In this document: piece by piece, positions 31,190 through 39,330 of the stretch
Numbering within the stretch: position 1 is the first letter of the stretch
How the letters are laid out: the number at the start of each line of letters is the position of its first letter
From: Coleofasciculus sp. B1-GNL1-01
GTDB taxonomy: Bacteria > Cyanobacteriota > Cyanobacteriia > Cyanobacteriales > Coleofasciculaceae
Direction: 5' to 3' (one strand)
DNA length: 64,000 nucleotides
Assembly: GCA_040220235.1 (NCBI GenBank)
Contig: JAVJTO010000092.1
Notes under the pieces: model-generated
Seen by the model: only the letters and a program-made list of their open reading frames with translations
Told to the model about the DNA's origin: nothing
Databases searched by the model: none
Position numbers and translations under genes: made by a program

Positions 31190-31512
31190 GTTTTTACGGG
31201 TATAAGTCTGCTAGAGCAATCGGTTATTTACCAGTATACCTAATGGCTTCAAGACGCCATGAGCCGTTATTAGTGATCCCTTATCAGCGAAATCTTGTCA
31301 ATTTTAAGTAAGCTAAATTGTAGCCAACTTGTAGGGTGCGTTAGTGAAGCGTAACGCACCACTTCTCAAGGGTTTGGTGGGTGACGAGAATTTGAGTGTT
31401 GGGTGGATGGCAGCATTTATAGCGAAGACAGCGCTGACTACAAACGCTTAATTCAGTGACATTTTACTTAAGATAGAAAGCATAAGTTTATAGAAAGCGT
31501 GGGAAGATAGTC

Positions 31513-32880
31513 ATGCACGAACAATTGCAACAGGCGATCGCACCCTATCGAGACACCGTTGATTATGTGGAAATTCGGGTGGAGCAAAGTGAGCAAACGG
31601 CGATATCGTTTCGGGGAGAGCAACTGGATGCGGTAGACCGTAGCTTGAGTTTAGCGGGGGGAATTCGCGCTTGTCATCAAGGGGGATGGAGTTTTGTCAC
31701 ATTTAATGGGTTGGCGGAGTTGCAGGATCGGATTGAAGCGGCGATTTCCCAAGCGCGGTTAGTGGGGAAAGACACCACAAGTTTAGCGCCCCTAGAACCA
31801 ATTCAAGATTATGTGGCGGTGGAACTAGGTCGCGATCCCCGTGGTTTATCTCTGTTAGAAAAGCGTCAGTTAATCGCCGAGTATAATCGCCTATTACTCG
31901 AGTATGATCCGCGAATTCAAACCACAATGGTGGGATATCGCGATCGCTTCGGGATTAATTATTTTGTCAATTCTACAGGTTCCTGCATTGTCCAAGAACG
32001 GCTGGATATATCCGCCCGGTTTGGTGCGATCGCGCGAGGGGATGAAGGGATCGTGCGTCAAGGTTTTGAGTCGGTTCACTCCCGTTCCGATTACGATGCA
32101 TTAGTGGGGATTGAAGAACGGGTGTTAGGGGCGGCGAAACGGGCGGTGACTCAGCTAGAAGCGAAGTCAGTCAAGGGTGGACAGCACACGGTTGTTTTAG
32201 ATCCCTATTTGGCGGGTGTCTTTATTCACGAAGCCTTTGGACATTTATCAGAAGCCGATTTTGTCTATGAAAATCCCCGGATGCAAGAGTTACTCACCCT
32301 AGGGAAACCGATGGCGATTCCCCAACTGAATGTGATTGATGATGCGACGCTACCGGGTTTACCAGGTACTCTACACTACGATGATGAAGGAGTACCCGCC
32401 CAGCGCAAGTATTTAATTAAAGATGGCATTCTCAGCCAACGGTTGCATTCACGGGAAACCGCAGGCAAGATGCAAGAAACGCCAACAGGGAACGCCAGGG
32501 CGATTAATGCTACCTATCCGCCCATTGTACGGATGACGAATACAGCGATTGAACCTGGAGACTGTTCTTTCGAGGAGATGATTGGCGATATCGAGGAAGG
32601 GGTTTATGCGGTACGGATGTTAGGCGGACAAACGAATGGTGAAATGTTCACCTTTGCCGCCGGAGAAGGGTATATGATTCGCAATGGTAAGATTGCAGAA
32701 CCTGTCAGCGATGTCACTCTCACCGGGAATGTGTTTCAAACCCTGAAAGATATTGACGCGATCGGTAATGATACGCTTTATGTCAGTGGCGGGTGTGGTA
32801 AAGGCGGACAAATGCCCCTAGCCGTCAGCGTTGGTGGTCCCCATGTGCGGATTAAGGATGTCGTGGTTGGGGGGCGCTAG
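31513..32880 (+). CDS. tldD: TldD/PmbA family metalloprotease (TldD)
   Basis: [29 protein letters not shown]. Confidence 0.9.
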   Translation: MHEQLQQAIAPYRDTVDYVEIRVEQSEQTAISFRGEQLDAVDRSLSLAGGIRACHQGGWSFVTFNGLAELQDRIEAAISQARLVGKDTTSLAPLEPIQDYVAVELGRDPRGLSLLEKRQLIAEYNRLLLEYDPRIQTTMVGYRDRFGINYFVNSTGSCIVQERLDISARFGAIARGDEGIVRQGFESVHSRSDYDALVGIEERVLGAAKRAVTQLEAKSVKGGQHTVVLDPYLAGVFIHEAFGHLSEADFVYENPRMQELLTLGKPMAIPQLNVIDDATLPGLPGTLHYDDEGVPAQRKYLIKDGILSQRLHSRETAGKMQETPTGNARAINATYPPIVRMTNTAIEPGDCSFEEMIGDIEEGVYAVRMLGGQTNGEMFTFAAGEGYMIRNGKIAEPVSDVTLTGNVFQTLKDIDAIGNDTLYVSGGCGKGGQMPLAVSVGGPHVRIKDVVVGGR

Positions 32881-32923
32881 TGCAGCGGGCATAAAAATAC
32901 TTGAGCAGCTTCGTAGATACGAT

Positions 32924-33116
32924 GAAGCAGAGGGAGCAGGGGAAGCGGGGGGAGCAGGGGGAGCAGGGGAAGCGGGGGGAGCAGGGGAAGCGGGGGGAGC
33001 AGGGGAAGCAGGGGGAGCAGGGGAAGCAGGGGAAGCGGGGGGAGCAGGGGAAGCAGGGGGAGCAGGGGGAGCAGGGGGAGCAGGGGGAGCAGGGGGAGCA
33101 GGGGGAGCAGGGGGAG
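32924..33116. repeat. Long purine-rich nonamer tandem repeat (GGGGRAGCR)n
   Basis: About 20 units of 9 nt; the source of several spurious low-complexity ORFs. Confidence 0.9.
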
Positions 33117-33129
33117 TTTAGCCACAATT

Positions 33130-33327
33130 GTAGGGGCGGGTTTAGGGACTAACCTTAGCTTGTCACCGATAACTGATCAACAAAACCCGCCCTCCTCACC
33201 GATAACTGATCAACAAAACCCGCCCTCCTCACCGATAACTGATCAACAAAACCCGACTGATCAACGAAACCCGCACTCCTCACCGATAACTGATCAACGA
33301 AACCCGACTGATCAACGAAACCCGCCC
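33130..33327 (+). repeat. REP family A element with a tandemly amplified right arm
   Basis: GTAGGGGCGGGTTT, then 33-nt units tcaccgataactgatcaacaaaacccgccctcc and 18-nt sub-units actgatcaacgaaacccg. Confidence 0.85.
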
Positions 33328-33430
33328 AAATGCCAACATTCAAAAAAGGGATTCTGGGGGGGTGTTAAATTTTCCTGACATTCGGAGAATTTGATTGTCT
33401 CCTGTGTCAGGATGAATTGATATATGCCTC

Positions 33431-33592
33431 TTAACTGAGTTTCAAATAGCTGGCTTCGGCTTCTAGCTGACGAACCAAAGCGTCATTGCCATTGGCTCTA
33501 GCGACTTCTATACGATGTTGCAAGTTCTTATGCAGGCTTTGGCGATGAGTAGCTGCGGCTTCTTTGGCTTGTTTTTGTAGTTGTTTGTTCAT
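33431..33592 (-). CDS. pirA: PirA, PII-interacting regulator of arginine synthesis (53 aa, below the ORF-track cut-off)
   Basis: Manual translation MNKQLQKQAKEAAATHRQSLHKNLQHRIEVARANGNDALVRQLEAEASYLKLS; matches the PirA pattern HR..L..NLQHR.EVAR..G...L..QLEAE; AAGGA upstream. Confidence 0.85.
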   Translation of the reverse strand: MNKQLQKQAKEAAATHRQSLHKNLQHRIEVARANGNDALVRQLEAEASYLKLS

Positions 33593-33675
33593 GGTGAACA
33601 TTCCTTTAGCTTTACTTCTGGTATTGACTCTAATTTAAAAATACCACGAATAAAATAAAAAAAGATCACCTAAAC

Positions 33676-33689
33676 GTAGTATTTGATAC
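33676..33689. promoter_or_regulatory. NtcA-binding site upstream of pirA
   Basis: GTA-gtatttga-TAC (GTA-N8-TAC) about 85 nt upstream of the pirA start; pirA is a known NtcA target in Synechocystis. Confidence 0.7.
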
Positions 33690-33736
33690 AGAAATTAGTA
33701 AAATTTTGATGTGGATAACCGTAAACAGAGGGCAGT

Positions 33737-33780
33737 GGTTCGACAGGCTCACCAACCAGGTTCGACAGGCTCACCAACCA
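33737..33780. repeat. 22-nt tandem duplication of a small dispersed repeat
   Basis: ggttcgacaggctcaccaacca x2. Confidence 0.8.
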
Positions 33781-33803
33781 GGCAGAAGGTAGGGAGCAAG
33801 GCG

Positions 33804-34397
33804 TCAACCTAACCGCTCAATTTGGGCAACCCACTCTCCCCACCGTTGTGGAAGTTCATCAAGACAGGCTAATTCAAGCATAAAGCCTCGATAACGACGG
33901 AGTGCGATCGCGTGAGCTTCGGGATAATCCGCGCAGCAATCCGAAATCACAGTTACCAAGAACCCCAACTGAGAGGCGGAAGCGGCGGTTAACAGGACAC
34001 AAACCGATGTCACCAATCCCGCCGTCAGGATGTATTTTTTCCCTTTGGAGCGCAGATAATCCAGCAACGGAGGATGATGGAACCCATCTTGAGTTTGCTT
34101 TTCCATAACCGTTTCTCCAGATTGCGCCGCCGCCACACTTAAAACATCGGCTCCTGGCGTTCCTCGTAGACAAACCGCACGTCCCCGCAATCGATATCGC
34201 GGTAACCAATCGGAACCATCGGGATTAAAAACTTCCCGCAGATTCACCACTTCGAGTCCCTCTTGACGACAGAAGCGGAGCAAACGAGCAATATTTGACT
34301 GGAAATCTGGAAACGCTTGTTCGAGTTCTAGATTCCAGAAATCCTGTTGCACATCGATTAACAGTAGGGCAAATTGCTGCCAATCTCGATTAACCAT
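33804..34397 (-). CDS. Isochorismatase-family cysteine hydrolase
   Basis: ALLLIDVQQDF, EKQTQDGF, GLVTSVCV. Confidence 0.85.
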   Translation of the reverse strand: MVNRDWQQFALLLIDVQQDFWNLELEQAFPDFQSNIARLLRFCRQEGLEVVNLREVFNPDGSDWLPRYRLRGRAVCLRGTPGADVLSVAAAQSGETVMEKQTQDGFHHPPLLDYLRSKGKKYILTAGLVTSVCVLLTAASASQLGFLVTVISDCCADYPEAHAIALRRYRGFMLELACLDELPQRWGEWVAQIERLG

Positions 34398-34415
34398 TTT
34401 TGATTTCTTCTGCTT

Positions 34416-34671
34416 TATAGCACTACGCAGACACGTTAGGACAAATTAAGAAAAATTCAAAATCGCTCAATCCCCTGATTTAGTAAGCTTTTTTCTTTAC
34501 TATTGCCTAAGCTGTTCGGCATTTAAACCATAATGTCAAGAATTGCGAGATCCTTGTAGTGCGTTTAGCGAAGCCATGCCGCAGGCTTTGCATCTTGCTC
34601 GCTACTAATACCCAATTTAAATGCATTACAGCTTATTGCCTATTGCCTATTGCCTGGCGCGTAGCGCTATA
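34416..34671. mobile_element. MITE-like element (TIR TATAGCRCTACGC) carrying a nested second MITE at 34509-34634
   Basis: tatagcactacgc ... gcgtagcgctata; inner element aagctgttcggcatttaaa ... tttaaatgcattacagctt, also found at about 55308-55437. Confidence 0.6.
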
Positions 34672-34688
34672 TCTATCATGGCGTGTGT

Positions 34689-34748
34689 GTAGGGGCGGGT
34701 TTCACTATTATCGTTTTTTGCCTCACCCAGATGCGACTAAACTGCCCT
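34689..34748 (+). repeat. REP element, family A
   Basis: GTAGGGGCGGGTTT..AAACTGCCC. Confidence 0.7.
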
Positions 34749-34768
34749 GACCGAGTGCAAAAATTAAA

Positions 34769-35614
34769 TCATATCTTCCCTATATCTTCTCCCTTGTCTC
34801 CTCCGCTCCCAGACGTGCCATGGCACGTCTCGACATTCGCTAAAATTTCTTGCCATTCCTGATCAGATAACGGTTGTACAACAAACTCCACACCAAAACA
34901 ATCGGCGGCGGCTTGGGTGAGTGCTTCGATCACTGTTTGCCTTAAATTATCCCCTCGCTGAGTCAGAGGTAAATTGACAGGAGATGCTTCGCCAAACACC
35001 TGAGCAAATAACTGAGTATCTGGCTCTAAGCGCATCGAACCATGTTGCAATATCGCGTCGCCGCGTCGCAACTGAGCGCTGCCAATCAGTTTATACCCTT
35101 CAGTTGTGACCAAATCTGCACCTGTGGCTGTGGCAAAACAATTGGGATTGTGGCGATAATCTCGTCCCGCCTTACCATAGTGCAAATCGACACCGAGCGA
35201 TCGCCATCCCTGAATCAAAAATTTACAAATCTGCTGATATGCCTCAATGCGCTTATTACTGAGTCCTGAAGCCACCACCATATAGGTTAAATCACCTTGG
35301 TGTAGCACAGCGCGTCCTCCCGTGGGACGCCTGACTAAGGGAATGGGTTTTCCGTTCCAGGTCAGAGTTTGCCAAGCTGGAGACCAACGACGTTGATGAT
35401 ATCCTAGGGAAATTGTCGCAGATTCCCAGGTGTAAAACCGCAGAACTGGAGCATTCCTAGCACCTGTGTACCCAGACGTGCCATGGCACAGCTCTACATT
35501 GCTCCCCTGCTGTTGTTCCAGAAGCCATTGGTCAATTGCCATCTGAAGCTGTCCAGAGAGGCATAGGGGAGGGATTAAACGCCACGGTGATTGGCTCGTC
35601 AGGATTGGTTTCAT
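34769..35614 (-). CDS. Lipoate-protein ligase/octanoyltransferase (LplA/LipM family)
   Basis: QMAIDQWL, LRFYTW, RRPTGGRAVLH, KLIGSAQ, LQHGS. Confidence 0.88.
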   Translation of the reverse strand: MKPILTSQSPWRLIPPLCLSGQLQMAIDQWLLEQQQGSNVELCHGTSGYTGARNAPVLRFYTWESATISLGYHQRRWSPAWQTLTWNGKPIPLVRRPTGGRAVLHQGDLTYMVVASGLSNKRIEAYQQICKFLIQGWRSLGVDLHYGKAGRDYRHNPNCFATATGADLVTTEGYKLIGSAQLRRGDAILQHGSMRLEPDTQLFAQVFGEASPVNLPLTQRGDNLRQTVIEALTQAAADCFGVEFVVQPLSDQEWQEILANVETCHGTSGSGGDKGEDIGKI

Positions 35615-36011
35615 CGCTTCATCGAATTTTTAAAATTGTTGTCATACAGTAGACAAAACTTTACATTTTAATTTTGCCACTTTCATCTCTTTTTATCCTG
35701 TTTTAGCAAAAATGTAATACGTTTTAATACGACATAATATTAGGATTAATCCATTTGTTTTAGGTGCAAATACATTAGATATTATTTACTTTTAAAACTA
35801 AATAAATATATGTATTACAAACAAAGCAATGTATTACGATTTTCCTCTATTGCGAAAGGAAAAAAGTTTTTATAAAACTCTTAGTTATTTACCCACAACA
35901 ACCTATTTACAGTGCTATTAATTGAATAGAAACGAAGCCGGAGAAATGGAAATACTGAATAGGGTGTAGCCGATCAGTCTTTTGTTAATTTGTCAAAACT
36001 ATGGTGTCGTC

Positions 36012-37211
36012 ATGACCGTTAAATCAATCAAACCGAATGTGTCTTTCAGCTTGTTTACAGCATCTAAACAAGTTCAATTTATTCAAACCTTAAAACGGAT
36101 TCGGTTTAGCGGTCAGCTGATATTGACAAGTCCAGACCAGCAAAAATGGTTTTTTTTTCTATGCGACGGTCATCTGATGTATGCCACGGGTGGAACTCAT
36201 CCAGTGAGACGGTGGCTGAGAAATGTAGCTGCTCACAGCCCTCAGTTAAGGTTGGATCGACTAACCATACAGCGTGATTTAAGCCAATTCAATCAAGCGA
36301 ATTGTCAAACTTCTTGGCAATATTACCTGTTGAGTTTATGGGCAAAACAACAGAAGATCACGCATGAACAGACGGAGAACCTGATTCAATCAGTGATTAC
36401 GGAAGTTTTGTTTGATATCGCCCAAGCCAAGCAAACCACCTACAAAATCAAACAAGATAACACCTTATCCACCCAGCTTCCTGTTGTTGATGTAGAAATG
36501 GCGATCGCACAAACTGATAAGTTATGGCAGGCTTGGCATCACGATTTGGTTGTAGACTATTCTCCCAACCAGGCTCCCGTTATTAGACAACCACAAGCCT
36601 TGCAAGCCCGTACCTCAGAGGCGGTTTACCAACTCCTGAGCAAACTTTTAGACGGGAAACATACACTGCGGGATGTGGCGGTGCAGATGAAGCGGGATGT
36701 CTTGCAAGTGACTCGTTCTCTGTTGCCTTATATTCGCTGGGAATTAATAGAGTTGATTTCTATCCCAGATTTACCGAATCCAGTAAGGCAAGAGGATTCA
36801 GAAAATCCACCCGCCACTGCACAATCGACCCAGGCGCTGATTGCTTGTGTGGATGACAGTCCCTTAGTTTGCCACACCATGGAAAAACTACTCACCGCCA
36901 GTGGTTATCGATCGCTAGTGATTGACGATGGCTTACGTGCGATCGCGCTTTTGATTGCTCGTAAACCTGATGTAATCTTTCTCGATTTAGTGATGCCAAA
37001 TACCAATGGCTATGAGATTTGCGCCAAATTACGCAAATTGCAAGCATTCCAAACTACGCCGATTGTGATTTTGACTGGGAAAGATGGCATTGTTGATCGC
37101 GTTCGAGCCAAATTAGTGGGCGCATCGGATTTCTTGAATAAACCCATTGATGCGGGGACTGTACTTAATGTGATTAGCAAGCATCTTAAGCAGAGTGTTG
37201 TTGGTCATTAG
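36012..37211 (+). CDS. PatA-type response regulator (PATAN + REC; PixG/PtxA-like)
   Basis: YATGGTHPVRRW PATAN motif; C-terminal receiver CVDDS, FLDLVMP; ATG at 36012 preferred. Confidence 0.88.
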   Translation: MTVKSIKPNVSFSLFTASKQVQFIQTLKRIRFSGQLILTSPDQQKWFFFLCDGHLMYATGGTHPVRRWLRNVAAHSPQLRLDRLTIQRDLSQFNQANCQTSWQYYLLSLWAKQQKITHEQTENLIQSVITEVLFDIAQAKQTTYKIKQDNTLSTQLPVVDVEMAIAQTDKLWQAWHHDLVVDYSPNQAPVIRQPQALQARTSEAVYQLLSKLLDGKHTLRDVAVQMKRDVLQVTRSLLPYIRWELIELISIPDLPNPVRQEDSENPPATAQSTQALIACVDDSPLVCHTMEKLLTASGYRSLVIDDGLRAIALLIARKPDVIFLDLVMPNTNGYEICAKLRKLQAFQTTPIVILTGKDGIVDRVRAKLVGASDFLNKPIDAGTVLNVISKHLKQSVVGH

Positions 37212-37316
37212 TCATTAGTCATTGGTCATTAGTGATTGATGATTGATGAAAATCACTGACTAACAACGAAAATTCAATCAAAACTATCCATTCTTATTTT
37301 ACGAGAGGAAACTCCC

Positions 37317-37682
37317 ATGGGAACTGCCCTAGTTGTCGAAGATTCTGCCACCGATATGCAAATTATCATTAAATGTCTACAGGAAGGAGGTATCAACGTA
37401 TTGACGGCTGACAGTGGTGAAGCGGCTCTGGAAAAACTGAATAACCATAAACCGGATGTTATTGTTCTCGACGTTGTGCTTCCAGGGCGCAGTGGGTTTG
37501 AAGTCTGTCGTGATTTAAAAGCGGCGGCTGATACCAGCAAAATTCCAATTGTGATTTGCTCGACTAAAGGCGGCGAGATGGATAAGTTTTGGGGCATGAA
37601 ACAAGGCGCTGATGCCTATCTGTCTAAACCCGTTAATCAAGATGAATTGCTGCGTACCGTCAAACAATTGACGCTGCGATAG
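37317..37682 (+). CDS. CheY-like response regulator (PixH/PtxB-like)
   Basis: VVEDS, VLDVVLPGRSGFEVCR, WGMKQGADAY.KP. Confidence 0.9.
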   Translation: MGTALVVEDSATDMQIIIKCLQEGGINVLTADSGEAALEKLNNHKPDVIVLDVVLPGRSGFEVCRDLKAAADTSKIPIVICSTKGGEMDKFWGMKQGADAYLSKPVNQDELLRTVKQLTLR

Positions 37683-37822
37683 GCTTAATGTCCATTCGAT
37701 CTAGATTAGTCATTACTGGATTGATTTTAAATCAACCTTGAGATGTATCGAAACACAATCCAAAATCTAATGATTAATCTAGACTGACCCAATCCCATTC
37801 ATTTTTTCATGAGGTCAATACC

Positions 37823-38188
37823 ATGGGGACTGCTTTAGTTGTCGAAGATTGCTTAACCGATTTGCAAATCATTACTCGCTGCTTACAGGACGAAGGAATT
37901 AAGGTGCTAACGGCTGACAGTGGTGAAGAAGCACTTGCCAAACTTAGCAGCCAAAAACCTGATGTAATTGTGCTGGATGTTGTTTTACCCGGTCGGAGTG
38001 GATTTGAGGTTTGCCGAGACATTAAAGATGCCGCTAATACCAAAAGCATCCCTGTGGTTATTTGCTCAACAAAACATGGCGAAATGGATAAATTTTGGGG
38101 CATGAAACAAGGTGCTGATGCCTACATTGGTAAACCGATTGATCAGGCAGAACTTTTACGCACAGTGAAACAGTTGATTAGAAGCTGA
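37823..38188 (+). CDS. Second CheY-like response regulator (tandem duplicate)
   Basis: Same length (121 aa) and motifs as 37317-37682. Confidence 0.9.
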   Translation: MGTALVVEDCLTDLQIITRCLQDEGIKVLTADSGEEALAKLSSQKPDVIVLDVVLPGRSGFEVCRDIKDAANTKSIPVVICSTKHGEMDKFWGMKQGADAYIGKPIDQAELLRTVKQLIRS

Positions 38189-38301
38189 TCCACGAGAGAA
38201 AGTGGAAGCCTCTCATTTTATTTTGGCAAAAGTAGTACAGGTATCTTTCTCACCTGGAGAAGTATGTGATCCAGATACCCACACTACCTAAGTTGTAGAG
38301 A

Positions 38302-38883
38302 ATGTCAATGTCTAACGTCTTACTCAGCTCAAATCCTTCCTTACCCACTACCCCAACGCCAGAACAATTATCCAGTTCTTCTACCCAGGCAAATGAACAG
38401 TTTTTGCGGTTTCATTTGTTACCGGATACCACCGCTTTATTACCCATTCATCAACTGACTGAAGTATTGACGATTCCTAGAGGTCAAATTGTCCCAATTT
38501 TTCAAATGCCTGCTTGGGTGATGGGGGCTTACAATTGGCGGGGTGAAGTCTTATGGATGGTTGATTTAGGTCACTTAGTCGGACTTACGCCGTGGTATCA
38601 ACAAGCGGCTAGTGGTTCAGCTTATACGGCGATTGTGCTGCAAGCCAAAACCAAATCGTCAACTTCAACCCAAGCCAACAGCGAAATGCTAGGACTCGTG
38701 GTAAACCGAGTTGAAGATATTGAATGGTGTAATGCCGATTGGATTCAATCTCCTCCCTCCGCTAGTGTTACCCCGGAACTGGTGCCATTCTTGCGTGGGT
38801 ATTGGTTGAAAAATAATGGTGAAATGCTAGTGATTATTGATGGAAACGCGATTATTGCATCGATGCCCAAGCAATCTGTTTAA
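38302..38883 (+). CDS. cheW: CheW adaptor (PixI/PtxC-like)
   Basis: MPAWVMGAYNWRGEVLWMVDL. Confidence 0.88.
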   Translation: MSMSNVLLSSNPSLPTTPTPEQLSSSSTQANEQFLRFHLLPDTTALLPIHQLTEVLTIPRGQIVPIFQMPAWVMGAYNWRGEVLWMVDLGHLVGLTPWYQQAASGSAYTAIVLQAKTKSSTSTQANSEMLGLVVNRVEDIEWCNADWIQSPPSASVTPELVPFLRGYWLKNNGEMLVIIDGNAIIASMPKQSV

Positions 38884-38958
38884 GGGGTAAGGTAACAAAT
38901 GTGTAATGTCGAGGAATTTTCGCTTATCCCATTTTGTAGAAGCGTATCATCTTAGTCT

Positions 38959-39017
38959 GTAGAAGCGGGTTTTACGATTCCCTTGGCTCTTTCACCCCAA
39001 TGCAACTCAACCCGCCC
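38959..39017 (+). repeat. Degenerate REP element, family A
   Basis: GTAGAAGCGGGTT..AACCCGCCC. Confidence 0.6.
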
Positions 39018-39330
39018 TGATCAAGTGTTTAGTTTTCTCTGTTTTCGATCTAACTCATCAAGTCCGAATCAGGGTGTTCTACCTTTCCACGATTAATTCA
39101 TTGTTGTTTCAGTTTACTGAATTTACACGACCGATTATTGAATAGGACTGCCTCGCATTTAGTGGCAGTTTGATTTTCCGCCAAAAGGCTTATCAGATTT
39201 TATCTCCTATCGTAGAACCCTTGCCAATGGAAATAGGCAGGGTGGCAAACCGTAGAAAATGAATTCTCATAAGTCCGGTTTTGAGCAATTTGCCAATTCC
39301 TTCTTATTTTGTATTAAAGAGGTTTGATCC

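Noticed and set aside
32831..33152. Four overlapping low-complexity ORFs (GAGEAG, collagen-like GEQ, PLLPLL, SPC repeats)
   Set aside because: All are translations of the stop-free 9-nt tandem repeat, which occurs intergenically elsewhere in the window
33155..33378. CRISPR-like periodicity and two repeat ORFs
   Set aside because: Units are contiguous with no unique spacers; it is an amplified REP arm, and no cas operon is present
39230..39290. Possible c-di-GMP-I riboswitch upstream of the MCP (GGCAAACC..GAAA)
   Set aside because: Lacks the paired stem and the downstream ACGCAAA motif
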